Below, piece after piece: positions 1 through 11,817 of a DNA stretch of 64,000 nt. The DNA comes from Mobula hypostoma (lineage: Eukaryota). The translations under genes were made by a program, and so were the position numbers. The notes under the pieces are model-generated. The model was not told the origin of the DNA, searched no databases, and saw only the letters and a list, made by a program, of their open reading frames with translations. The first letter of the stretch is position 1. Every line of letters begins with the position of its first letter. The stretch lies in assembly GCF_963921235.1 (NCBI RefSeq), contig NC_086106.1, positions 20,894,001-20,958,000 on the forward strand. The letters run 5' to 3'.

Positions 1-1290
1 AACCGTTCTGCTTTGACCTAAAGGCATAAACCTGCTGGCTGACTGACGTAAATCACTTTCTGAGAGGAGAGATTTGGTTTGATTAGTAATTCTGTCAAAG
101 CAGTTATTATTTGCGTGAGGATACAATATTTAGTGCACTCAGTACTGCCATCATTAGGGTAGCTAAACACAATCGCCCACCATACTGATCAGCGCATTGG
201 ATGCCCACCACCGTGAGTTTGCTTTCATTATCGACCGGTTGTCTCCCAACTTACCTGGGGCAAAATTTTATTCCAGTAACCACGGCTTATCCTGCTCTTT
301 GAATTCAGCTTCTGATCTCCATGCATCAGCCGCCCTGTTCCTTTCACGGTCTGCAGTAGGTCAAAGAGTTATCTATCCCTGGGTTCAGTAGATGTGTCAA
401 GGGTTTGGCCTTTAAATTGATCTGTTATATCTCTTATCAAAAACATATCTCATCAATATAAATTCCACCCATTTCCCCCGGGGTTTTGTGTTTAATATTG
501 ATTCTCCTAGTATGGGTACAGACAGACGATTGTGTACTCATTCTTTTTGTTGCTTGGTGCGTTTTCCTACAGAGACTGGTGTCCCTCAAACGTTTCCCTC
601 AGGCGTATATCTGGTCATTGCCTTGTTTTTCTTAGTCCCTGTCTCTCTGCCGGATACCTGGCCACATATTAGAGTGTTTCTGTTCTCGACTCTCAGTAGA
701 TACCTGTCCACTGATTGGTGTCGTTCAGCCCCTGTCTCACAGGGGGATATTTGTACACTGACAGTAGTCTCCAATTTCCTCTCTCAGAGGATGACATTTG
801 TCTACAGACTGATGGTCTTTTAGTTCCTGTGTCTCACGGGAATACCTGTACACATACTGGTGTCGGTCATTCGGTCCTCCTGGAATTCACTGTGTTTCTG
901 TTTACACGTCCTGTTGCACGCAGGAATTGATGAATTGGATAGAGCGTGAAAGATCTTCATTTTGGATCTGGTCTTTGCCGCTGACCTGCCTCCTGTATAG
1001 AGACGAGCAGCTTTTGGGGATTTGAAATCTCTGCTGGGGTTGTGAAGAGGAAGCTATGCCTCTGGTTTCAGTGTGTGACAGCCTGTTCAAGCTGCGATGC
1101 CTTCATTCACTCAGAGCCATGTCTCTTTTGAAACAGCGCTCACTGCGTCACCCGACAAAGCCGGCCTGAACTGAAGCGCCGATCTCAAAGGTGTCAAGCT
1201 TGTCAGTGCTCAGAGAGATGAATGTTATTTCCTATATCTGCCTAATCCTGTCCTGCATGGCAGGTAGTGATAACGCGGCCTGTCGCACAC

Positions 1291-1683
1291 CCGGCGTCAC
1301 GGTCCTGATCGGTTATTCCCTGGGTCTCTGGAAATTTACTTTGTGGCACGATCGAAACTGTTCATTCCTTGTTTTCCTTAATTCATTGTCTCCCCCTAAT
1401 TCATTGTTTCCCCGTGTTTCTTGGGCTCTGTAATTAATGGCACTTGCTTCTAAGATGAACGAGCAGTAATTAGTCTCGGGCTTACAGCTACTCCGGGCTA
1501 GATCGGCATCATACGTCACCGAAGCAAATGCGAGCAAGTCACATTCCCGGAACGAGCCGAGTTACAATGCTAGAGCTACTCAAGTCTTTTCCCCGATGAG
1601 TTCGGAGTTCGAATTTCAGAGTTCAGAGTTCAGAGTTCGGAGTTCGGAGTTCCGCTTATTCCCGCTTCTGCTTTACACACTCC
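1291..1683. mobile_element. ~400-bp insertion in the V1 leader intron (unclassified, LTR-like start gtcacgg)
   Basis: The V1 intron is 509 nt vs 109 nt in V2. The flanks align to the V2 intron and the middle does not. Boundaries approximate. Confidence 0.55.
1598..1653 (+). repeat. 7-bp tandem array (GAGTTCR) x8
   Basis: gagttcg gagttcg aatttca gagttca gagttca gagttcg gagttcg gagttcc. Confidence 0.9.
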
Positions 1684-2069
1684 TTGATTTCCCTCTGAAC
1701 ATTTATTTCCTGCTTTGTTATCTAATGTACGTGGAACATTTTATTAATCTCTGCTCTTTGTTTTATTTACAGACCTGCGATCCGACATTGTGTTGACACA
1801 GCCCGAGTCAGCGGTGGTAAATCCCGCACAGTCTCACAGACTTGTGTGTGCATTCAGTGGGTTCAGCCTCAGCAGCTATGACATGCATTGGATGAAACAG
1901 GTCTCCGGGAAAGGGATGGACTGGGTGGCGATTTAACGGGTTAGCGCTTGTAAGACATACGCGCCCGGAGTCCAAGGCCGATTTAAGGTTTCCAAGGACA
2001 GCAGCTTCATTTATCTACAAATGAACAACCTGTGCTTGGATGACTCTGCCACCTGTTATGTGCAAGAGA

Positions 2070-2108
2070 CACAGTGAGAGAGATCACGACTGGACCGGAA
2101 CAAAAATA
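2070..2108 (+). other. 23-RSS of V1
   Basis: CACAGTG + 23 nt + ACAAAAATA, directly after ...GCAAGAGA. Confidence 0.93.
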
Positions 2109-2455
2109 CCCAGCGAAAGCGCCAACCATCAGGGCAGTGATCGCCAAAACTGTATTCCAGTTTTTACTGGGCACGTTCAGTCGCCCCTGCAATGGAAAGT
2201 GGATTGTCAACGGGAAATCCTGAGAAGGGATGATGGTTAGAAGTACCGAGTAGATCATCCGATCACGTCGGATAGTATCTCCGAGCCAAGCGCAGTGAAT
2301 GGAAGTTGTGTCACTGGTCTAACTGGTCAAAGCGTGGGGCTTTGGTATACACATGAGAGTAAATGATAAGGCTATGAGAAGCATTGATGATGGTGGATAA
2401 TTTAGTCCTCTACTTTCGTTTCACTGCTGTGCTGGGAGAGAATGAGAGAGGCACT

Positions 2456-2507
2456 GGTTTTCATATGTTGGTCCATCACAGTCGCTACTATACTGGGTGG
2501 CACTGTG
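2456..2507 (+). other. D-like segment (coding 2484-2500, GCTACTATACTGGGTGG) with 5' 12-RSS-like signal and 3' heptamer
   Basis: GGTTTTCAT (2456-2464) + 12 nt + CACAGTC (2477-2483) + 17 nt + CACTGTG (2501-2507). It lies ~0.4 kb after V and is conserved in all four cassettes. No clear 3' nonamer. Confidence 0.75.
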
Positions 2508-5500
2508 CAAAAGATGACCCTCTCTCCAAGCGCATATCTACCACAACATAACTCTGTAAATTGGGCTCGTCGAGAACTTACACCAAATTTACCATGGAAG
2601 CAATGGATGTTAATTAGACCCCGAGAGGATAATCTGGGAGTGAGTCTAGGTTCCACTGGAGATGTGTTTGGAAGGGAAAGAAATACAGAGGAGGAGCTGT
2701 CAGTGGATGCCCAGTGAAAAGTCCCGTTGGTTTGTATCCTTTCGACTTCGGACCTGGATGACCGAGATTAAAACCCACAGTATGAGACACCCGTAAAGAG
2801 AAGGAAGGTTTATGAGGCCGCTGGCTGGCCTTGTGCTTCCCTGGACTTCGGGTTGGATGTGATAAAGGCCCTTTGTGACTTGCGGTGAATAATCGTGTTA
2901 TGGACCATGGTGGTGGAGTCTGACCAGAAACTACTACCGAGAAATGAACTTCTGCGGGGCAGTCTGCATCCCTGGATTCCCACTGCTGCCTCCGAGAGTC
3001 ATCTCCCTAAGGCCCGATTTCTGATTACAAAGGGAAACAATCTATTTATGAGCGAGAAATTCCGGAAAGGATTCCTCTTTGTTTCCAGTGGTTGGCGGGA
3101 ACACAAATCAGTAGACAGAAATCTCTGAAAATGACATGAAGAGCCAAGTTCGGAGACTGGGATGGAAATCCAGGAAGTGGCACCTCCAGATCTGAACAGG
3201 TTCATGTTGACTGATATAGAGATAGTTGGATATTCCAGGCAAATGTAGCGCCCCGATTAGTGCTATGCGATAAGTATTTATTTTAGTAGCTTGGAAAGAA
3301 CTGTCTGTTCTGCTTTTAGCATGTTTTGCTGTGAGTTAAATGTATAGAGTTTTATTGTTTAACGTAGGAGTGTTGTGTCCGCCAATCAGGATGGTGGAAC
3401 TGTGTGAATGTTTGGAGAACATGAGCAGAGAGTTCCCCCTGACCGACACTGTGTGGGTCGAGGTCTTTTTGATGGTAGCTGGAAGGAGACATGAGGGAAG
3501 AGACATGATGATATTATCGCTTTTGCACGGGTGTTTGGTGCAAAAGAATGGCCTAAAGCAGGAAAGTCTTATACTCCCGTGGGTGAGTCCCTTTGTTCGA
3601 GGTGGATGTCGAGCGACATTCGGATGGTGGTGTGTGCTTTCACACAGAACGTGAGGCCAGCTTGGCAGTGAAAAGCAAATTCAAGATGAGCTTTAATTTA
3701 GGAAAAAAAATCGACGGCTATGTGTAACCCTAGGTAATTTGTAAAATAAGTACATGTTCGGCACAACAATGTGGGATGTAGCGCATTCATTGTGTTGTAG
3801 CTTTTCTATGTTCCTACGTTTTCTATGTTGATGTGCAGATCTGGACTGTGTGAAATGTAATGGAAGTTTATTTTTTTTTTCTTTTTTTTTTCTTTTTCCT
3901 ACTTACTGTTCAAGGCACTAACGAGCCACATCTCCAGAGACGCCCAGCTGAAAAGTGGTGTCACAAGCGAAGCTATTGCTCTTGGTGAGTGGCCACCTGA
4001 GCAGTGCGACTATCTTGCCTGCTGGCGCGAATAAACTCGGCGACAGTGACATCCGAATTACATTGTCACTCATTTGTAGGTTTGACGAATTCAGTGATTC
4101 GCCTGACATGGCATGTACAAGAACGTCCCTGAAAAGGCGGGTTTCTCTAAGAACTAGAATATACCCAATAATAGTGTAAGGTCCGGTACTCCATGACACG
4201 AGTGAACCGGCCACAGACCGGGAACAGGCTGCAGCGGAATATGGTCCGATCTCGTCAATAGACCATGTTTTGTCAGCAACCGATTGTGCTCAGTTAGCTC
4301 ACTGTTCATTCATGCCTGAGTTCCGATACTCAGCAGCAAAGGAAACCATAATCAGGGGCTGGACATTTCAGTGCAGTTGACCTAGTTCCTGTCAGTCATA
4401 ACAAAGAATTTGTTCCGTGCCAAATTTGTGGAATTAAGTTTTCCTGTCGGTTGACTTCACATTAAATGTAAAGGAATTAAGACAAAATTTGGAGGAAATG
4501 CTGAAGGCTAAATATCTCCTCCGTACAGGTGGGTGTTAGTTCCATCATACAGTGCTCAGCGTCTGTTCTGTCGCAAGATACAGCAAAAGATATGCCAGGA
4601 TTAAAAAATCGGATTATGGTATTAGTTTCATTACCTGATTGGTGAGGATGTTCTGTACGGTACGATTTTCGAGATAAAGTATCTGTGGGGATTTCTGACA
4701 GGAAAATGAATGCGGGAATTAAGGCACCTTCCCTTCATATATTACAGGTATCCTTGATTTTGTAGATGGGGGAAGAGAGGTAGTGCAGGTGTTGTGGGCA
4801 GGGAGCTTTTCAGGTCAATAATGTGTCATGGGGCGCATTTAAGGGAACGCTTTTGATAAACGGTTGTGATCCGGAGCACACTGCCTGAATGATCATGTGT
4901 TCCAATATTGAATTTAGGGGGGCAATAGGAGGAGATCCACCTCTTGTCACGATACAGGGAAGAGTAGATAGACTAATGGGATTATGGGATGTGTTCAGCT
5001 AAAGCGCAGAGGATTTCGGATGAATAGCCTCCCTCAATATCAGTTGCTTTCGATGGAACTGGTATTTATCATGTAAAAGATTCTTAAGAGATTCTGTCAA
5101 GCACCATGGATCATGGAGAACATGATTTAAATGCGGATTACACCTTACATGAAGTGTCCTGGCAGCCACGGATTAGTTACAAATTTCCTTCTGTACTGTC
5201 CACTTCCAGCCAGGGCAGGGGTAACAGGGATTATACACAGACTGAAGTTTCGCCTAACCTACCCATCATACACACACACGGGAAATGAGCTGAAATTTAC
5301 AGTTCGAACTAACTGTTTATAGTCAATTCACAGACAGAAGAAACACAATAATGTCTTGTCCTACTCCGTCCTCGACTTGGTTTGTTGAACAAGATTTTTC
5401 CTAAATTAACCAGTGTTACTGATGCAACCCCATGAAAAAGTTTTCACTGCTAACGAAATTGTCTTTCTGTTGAGAAGCGATCGTATAATGCAACCCGGTG

Positions 5501-6079
5501 GGGGACCGGCATTCGATGGAGGAACGTGTCGGTGTCTACTGACGATCGGTGAATATATATGACTTTTGAAAGGGTTAACCTCCAAATTGTGCACATATGG
5601 ATGTTTCATTGTAATAGGCACTTTGATGTACTTTTTAAATTTCTTTTCTTTACTATCCTTTCATTTAAATTAAGATTCACAAAAAATATATAATAATTCC
5701 TTTAATCATATGCAGTGTGCTGTCTTTTATTTCTAGGCATTGAGTTGCAAGAGGGTAGCACATAATAAGTCGTCCACACGAACCGAGGTCTGGAGTAAGA
5801 GAGCCGCTTCAATCAGGCGGGTTTGGTTGTACCGGAGTGTGTATTCCCTAGATTTACGTAGCCCAAGGAAAGCGAGTATGGGAGGGAGGATTTCTCTGGG
5901 GATTCAGCAAAAGTCATTGTGAGATGCAGTGCTGCCGGGGGCTTCAGAGGCAATGACGTGATTATAAAGGATAGACTTATTATCGAGTAGAGAATGTGGA
6001 GACATTCTTCAGATGACAAAAATCACAAACTTCAAGGAAATTGGAATGTGGAGCTTAGGATGGTTAATGGCGCCTAAAG

Positions 6080-6560
6080 GGGAGTCCATTGCTCGCATCT
6101 TCCGAAACAGCTCTATTTCCATATTTAATATCTCTATTTTTTCTCTTTCAGCGTTCTTTGGAAGGCAGTGACCTGGAGTTACACGCTGACTACGGTTCTT
6201 TGCGGGAATGGGCCACCTCTCGGTGTTTTATAACTGGCCGTTGTTCGGCAAGCCAAGGGCTCAGCCTAAGAAATCCGCTCGGCTTCGAAGGACCGAGTTT
6301 TCGTGGCTCTGAGGTCCGCGATAGCGGTGGTCGCTGTCCGAGAAGAAGACTGGTGTTTCGTTGGAGATGGACGATCTAAGGCTGTGTGCGCAGAGACTCG
6401 AGTTTTTGTTGGGCACAGAGCTCGGAAAAAGCGAACGAAATGGATTCTCAAGATCGTAAACCAGCGAGCTGTTTGTTATATCTCCACTCTCGCTGTGAAA
6501 GGGACACATCGCTTCCTCCCTTATTAGGCTGACAGAGAGCCTATGGTATGTCTGTAGCCG
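6080..6560 (-). mobile_element. Degenerate L1-like ORF1 remnant
   Basis: The minus-strand translation ..RVSAHTALDRPSPTK..AIADLRATKTR resembles the L1 ORF1 ERAHR..RP.IARLH motif. Heavily frameshifted. Confidence 0.35.
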
Positions 6561-7699
6561 GGTGATTAACGTCGTATTGTAACGTACGGCAAGTCTCGGT
6601 CTTTCAGTTCCCTTGCTCACGCTTTACTGCTCGGTGGCGGGTGCCGATGCTTTTTTTGCTGGGGTTGGGAGGGGATATGGTTACTTGCTGCCGCTTACTC
6701 GTCGGAGGGAGGGAACCGGGGGGGGGCGGTGGATGTTGGGGTTCTACCATTTAACTGTCGCTCATTCTTTGGGGGCACTCCTCTCTTTACTTGAAGGGCT
6801 GTGAATAAAAAGCATTTCAAGATGTAAACTCTATACATTTCTCTGACATTAAATATACCTTTGAAAGGTTTTTTTTTCAAATAACGATCCGGCGCTCTGT
6901 TCTGGTGATTTCACTCAAGGAGAAATATTATCGAGGACACCGTGAACACAGTGACACAATGGACAAACACAAGGTCGGATTCAGGGAGAGTGAGAAATGG
7001 GCTGTAGACAAAACAGATGAGTAGTGCCGAGAGATGGACGTAAGTCCAACGATAACAGAACAACAAAGTTGTCAAATTTAAACTCAGTTAATAATGATCT
7101 GTAGCAGATTTGGATCTGCTGTCAGATTCCTAACGGCGTAACAATATGTATTTTTATTCCAGTGATTAGTAATGACGACCTTTAGTTTTACTGGTAGCTC
7201 AAGGAACGAGATCTCTCATTTTTCCTGTTCCAGCCTGTTATGACTCCTGACTCTTCAATGTGTTTATCTCCAACTGTCCTTTGAATGGCAGCTCAGATGT
7301 CTAATTTGTTCTTACTCCTGGCAATGACGAGATCCCAAGAGGTACGTAAAATTGTCGATCTCTTTTTCATACTATCCGATATTCTGTCTACTTACTACAA
7401 TACGGACAAAAGCCAAACAGAATCTCCGTGATCTGCTGGTTCACCATCTATCATTTTGTGCAACTATTCAAGTTATTTAATTGCACGTTTCTTCTGAGTT
7501 AGCACAGCCAACTGCTGTCTCCGTCTCTACCTCTACACCAATAGGCTGCTGAACCACCCATCGCCAATTACCTCCTTCACTCTACCATCCTGTTGAACTT
7601 GAAATAAATTTGAATTGACTTTATAACTTACAAACGTCACATACATCGGGAGTAAAACTATTTACGTTATGTCTCTGCCTAGATGCGCATTGTGGAATT

Positions 7700-7985
7700 T
7701 AGAGTAATTTGTAATAAATAGTATGTGCAACAGAACAGTCAATATAGCATAGAAGTAGAATTCTGCAGCGTGAATTAATCAATCCGATGACCTGATGGAA
7801 GAAGCTGTCCCGGAGCCTTGGTGCTGTTTTTCTTTTCTGCTGCGGTACCGTTTTCCGTTCAACAGTAACTGGTACAATTTATGGGTGCTGTGACTTGGAT
7901 CTACAATAATCTTTCGGACCATTTTTACCCTCTTTTCTCTGTAAATGGCCTAAATATTGCGAAATTAATATACATAGATCCCACG
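7700..7985 (-). mobile_element. Rex1/Babar-type LINE 3' fragment
   Basis: gatggaagaagctgtcccggagcc...gctgcggtaccgtttt is recognisable as the antisense 3' end of this LINE family (from recall). Confidence 0.5.
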
Positions 7986-10091
7986 GTGCGGAGTTAACAA
8001 CCAGACGAAACAATAAAAAAAACGGTATTATCCCACACGCATAGTTGTGGATATCTGCACAAAGCTAATAAATTAGTCGGTGAAGCATTACTAGCTGAGG
8101 CGTAACGTGAATAATCAGCACTTCCCGCTGTCTCAGTACGTTTAGAGTTCCGGTAATGGTGGCAATCCTGGCTTATCCGGCACTTATTCCTTCTCTGCAT
8201 TTAATAGTTGGTAGATTATTTCATTGAAGTTCGTTTGTCCGTGTTCGTAATTTCTCACCTTACAGATTCACTCAATGATTAGACAACATTTGTTTAACAT
8301 CTTATTGCCAATTTTAAACTTGTTTATCCACTCCCCTCCCACCCATTTGTTGCACAAAGTTTATTTTTATCTCGTTCACTCTAGTGACGAGATCGGACCA
8401 TATTCCGCCGCAGCCGGATCCCGGTTTGTGGACAGTTCACTAGTGTCATGGAATACGAAACCTTAACTGTTATTGGGTATATTCTAGCTCTTAGAGAAAT
8501 CCGCCGTTTGAGGGAGATTCATATACTTGCGAATCACTAAATTCGTCAAAACAGTAAATTCGTAAACTACAAATGAGTGACAATGGAATTCGGAAGTCCC
8601 TGTCACCGGTTTTTTTGGCGGCAGTAAGCAAGATAGTCGTACTGCTCAGTGTCGCCACTCACCAAAAGTAATAATTTCGCTTGTGACACCACATTTTACT
8701 GGGCGTATCTCAAAATGCGGCTCGTTAGTCCCTCAAACAGAAAAGGAAAAAGAAACAAAAAATTTAAAAAAAGTTCCACTACATTTAACTCAGTCCAAAT
8801 CTGCACATAAACATAGAAAACACAGAAGCATAGAAAAGATACAACAGAATAAATGCACTTGGGTCCTCATTCCTGTGCCGAACATGCAATTAATTTAGAA
8901 ACTAGGGTTACACATAGCCCTCATTTTTTTTTTCTAAATTGAAACTCATCTTGAAGTTGTCTTCAACTGCCACACTGGACTCATGGTCTCCGTGAGGGCA
9001 CATACCACAATCCGAATGTTGCTCGAAATCCGCCTCGAACAAAGAAACTCTCCCACGGGAGTATAAGTTCTTCCTCCTTGAAGCCATTCTTTTGCACCAA
9101 ATACCTGTGAAGAAGGGATGGTATCATCATCTCTCTTTCCTCCTGTCTTCTTCCAGCTCCATCAAAAAGGCATCGGCCCACGTCAGTGTCCTTCAGGGAA
9201 ACCTCTCCGCTTATGTTGACCACAACCTTCTCACAAATCCACCATCCTGATTGGCTTACATAACACTCCTAGGTTGAATAACAAAGCATCATACCTTTAA
9301 CTTTCAGCCAAGTATGCTAAAAGCAGAAAAGAATGTTCTTGGAAAACGACTGAAAGAAATACCTGCAGCATAGCACTAAGTGGGGGGTAAAGGTTGCCTG
9401 CAATATCCAATTATCTCTGTGTCGGTCATCATGAAACTGTTCGGATCTGGAGCTGTCACTTGCTGGATTTCCATCCCAATCTCCGAGCTTGGCTGTTCAT
9501 ATCGTTTCAGAGATTTCCGTCTCTGGTCATATAACCCGCCAACCCCGAGAAACAAAGCAGAATCCTTTCGGGAATATCTCGCTCAAATTTCTCCCATAGT
9601 AATCCGAATCAGGTCTTAGGGAGATGACTCTGGGAAGCAGCATTGGGAATTCAGGGATGCAGACTGCCCCGCAGGCGTTCATTTCTCGGGAGTAGTTTCT
9701 GGTCAACTCCCCACTGCCGTAGTCCATAACATGATTCTTCACCGCAAGTCACAAACGACCTTTATCATATCCACCCCGAAGTCCAGTACATCACAGAGCC
9801 GGTCAGCGGCCTCATAAACCTTCCGTCACTCTGTGGCTGTCTCATGCTGTGGTTCTCAAACTCGGCCATCCCAGTCCCGAAGTCGAAAGGAGACAAACCA
9901 ACGTGATTTTTTCACTAGGCTTCCACTGACAGCTGCTCCTCGGTATTTCGTTCCAAACACATCTCCAGTTCAAATTAGACCGACTCCCATATTATCCTCT
10001 CGGGATATGATTTACATTCATGGATTTCAGGGTAAAGTTGGGGGAACCATTCGAAGAAACAAATTTACAGAGGGAGGAGGGCTATCTCTTG

Positions 10092-10143
10092 CACTGTGCC
10101 ACCCTGTATAGTAGCGACTATGATGTACCGACATACGAAAACC
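10092..10143 (-). other. D-like segment of the V2 cassette (coding 10099-10115, GCTACTATACAGGGTGG)
   Basis: Minus strand: GGTTTTCGT + 12 nt + CATAGTC + 17 nt + CACAGTG. About 25 nt present after the heptamer in V1 are missing here. Confidence 0.75.
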
Positions 10144-10494
10144 AATGCCCCTCTGACTATCTCCCAACACAGTTACTCCGCAGTCAAACTGAACTAGAGG
10201 ACTAAATTATCCGTGATCATCAATTTTCTCATAGCCTGATCATTTACTGTCACGTGTAAACCAAAGTCCCACACTTTGACTAATTAGACCAGTGATCCAA
10301 CATCCATGGACGGCTTTTGTCTCGGAGCTGCTATCCGACGTGATCCGGTGAACTATTCTGTCTATCTATCCATCATCCCTTCTCAGGATTTCCCGTTAAC
10401 TATCCGATTTCCATTGCATGGACGACGGAACGTACCCAGAAAGACTGACATACAGACTGAGCGATCACTGCCCTGATGGATGGCGCTGTCTCTG

Positions 10495-10533
10495 TGTTAT
10501 TGTTCCGGTCCAGTCGCGATTTCTCTCACTGTG
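10495..10533 (-). other. 23-RSS of V2
   Basis: CACAGTG + 23 nt + ACAATAACA. Confidence 0.9.
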
Positions 10534-10986
10534 TCACTTGCACAGTAATAGGTGGCAGTGTCATCCAGCCGCAGGTTGTTCATTTGCAGATAAACGGAGC
10601 TGATGTCCTTGAAAACCTTAAATCGGCCTTGGACTCCGGGCGCGTATGTTTTGCTACCAGTAGCCCGTAAAACCGCCAACCATACGAGCCCGTTCCCGGA
10701 GACCTGTTTCATCCAATGCATGTCATAGCTGCCGAGGCTGAACCCACTGAATGCACACGTAAGTCTGTGAGACTGTGCGGGATTTACCACCGCTGACTCG
10801 GGCTGTGTCAACACAATGTCGGATCTCACGCCTGCAAATTGAAAAGAGCAGACGTTAATAAAATGTTACACGGACATCGGATAACGAAGTCTCAGAGAAA
10901 TACTCGGCCCCGGTTGGGCGACATGCCGCGTTATACCTACCTGCCATGTAAGACAGGATTAGACAGAGGTAGAAAATAACATTCAT
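10534..10986 (-). CDS. IGHV: Intact IgW-like VH segment V2 (leader 10941-10986, intron 10832-10940, V exon 10534-10831)
   Basis: MNVIFYLCLILSYMAG|VRS-DIVLTQPESAVVNPAQSHRLTCAFSGFSLGSYDMHWMKQVSGNGLVWLAVLRATGSKTYAPGVQGRFKVFKDISSVYLQMNNLRLDDTATYYCAS. GT-AG phase-1 intron, Cys23/Trp41/Cys104 present, no stop. Confidence 0.93.
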
Positions 10987-11817
10987 CACTGTGAGCACTG
11001 ACAAACTTGACACCTTTGAGATTATCGGGCCAGTTCAGGGTGTATTTATCGGGAGACGCAGTGACCGATGTTTCAATGGAGAAACTGGCTCTGAGTGAAT
11101 CAGGGCATCACAGCTTGAACAGGCTCTCGCACACTGAAACAAGAGCCGCAGCTTCCTGTTCCCATCCCCAGTAGTGATTTCGAATCACCAAAAGCTGACT
11201 CGTCTCTATATAAGAGGCAGGTCAGCGGCAAAGACCAGATCCAAAATGAGGATCTGACACACTCTATCCAATTCATCAATTCCAGCGTGCAACTGTACGT
11301 GTAAGCGGAAACACAGTGAATCCCAGGAGGAGCAAGTGACCGACACCAACAGTACGGGACAGGCAGGGGCTGAAAGACACCAGTCAGTGGACACATGTCA
11401 CCCTCTGAGAGAGGAAGTGAGAGACAACTGTCAGTGGACAAATACCCCCCTGTGAGACAGGGGATGAACGACACCATATAGTGGACAGATATCTCCTGAG
11501 TGTCGGCAACAGAGACACGCTAGTAACTGGCCAGATACCCAGCAGAGAGGCAGGGACTAAGGCAAGCAAAGCAATGGCCAGATATCCTCCTGAGGGACGC
11601 GTTTCAGGGACACCGGTCTATGTAGGAAAACGCACTAAACAACAAAAAGAATGACCACAATTTTTTCTGTCCGTACCCATATCCGGAGAATCAATATTAT
11701 ACACAAACCCCTGCCTGGAATCGGTGTAATATATACTGATGAAAAATGTTCCTGTTAAGAGACCTAACAAATCAATTTTAACGTAAAACCCTGCGCAAAT
11801 CTACTCAACCCATGGTA

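Larger units (their letters stand above)
1218..2069 (+). pseudogene. IGHV: IgW-like VH pseudogene V1 (leader 1218-1263, V exon 1773-2069)
   Basis: Leader MNVISYICLILSCMAG|gtagt and acceptor tttatttacag|. Translation DIVLTQPESAVVNPAQSHRLVC...HWMKQVSGKGMDWV. In-frame TAA at 1934-1936 and a 1-nt deletion at YYC (exon 297 nt vs 298 in the paralogs). The IgW assignment is from recall of DIVLTQPES..SHRL.C and WxKQ. Confidence 0.92.
1..4262 (+). repeat. Forward arm of the inverted duplication, copy A (continues left of the window)
   Basis: 378-4262 is the reverse complement homolog of 8380-11817. The inner boundary is gtccgatctcgtcaataga (to ~4262) vs tctagtgacgagatcggac (from ~8380). Confidence 0.9.

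Noticed and set aside
488-930. Recurrent 60-140 aa ORFs upstream of each V (e.g. MFNIDSPSMGTD..., MVSFIPCLTGG...) as a small-protein family
   Set aside because: They recur only because the DNA is duplicated. Frames and stops differ between copies and there is no recognisable domain.
1598-1653. Short repeat array as a CRISPR-like or switch-like element
   Set aside because: It is a simple 7-bp tandem repeat with no spacers, in a eukaryotic intron insertion, and far too short for a switch region.
1945-2035. Two extra cysteines in V1/V1' (CDR2 SACK, FR3 NLCL) as a non-canonical disulfide
   Set aside because: They occur only in the lineage with a shared stop codon and are absent from intact V2, so neutral drift is sufficient.
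3447-3453. CACTGTG about 1.35 kb after V1 as a possible J heptamer
   Set aside because: No nonamer upstream, no WGxG/FGxG downstream, and not conserved in the other three cassettes.
9695-9727. J-like peptide MDYGSGELTRN (recalls the NAR J motif YGxGTxLTVN); paralogs near 2900, 42040 and 48850
   Set aside because: No RSS at 12 or 23 spacing, no splice donor, the conserved Thr is missing and the V1-type copies are frameshifted.
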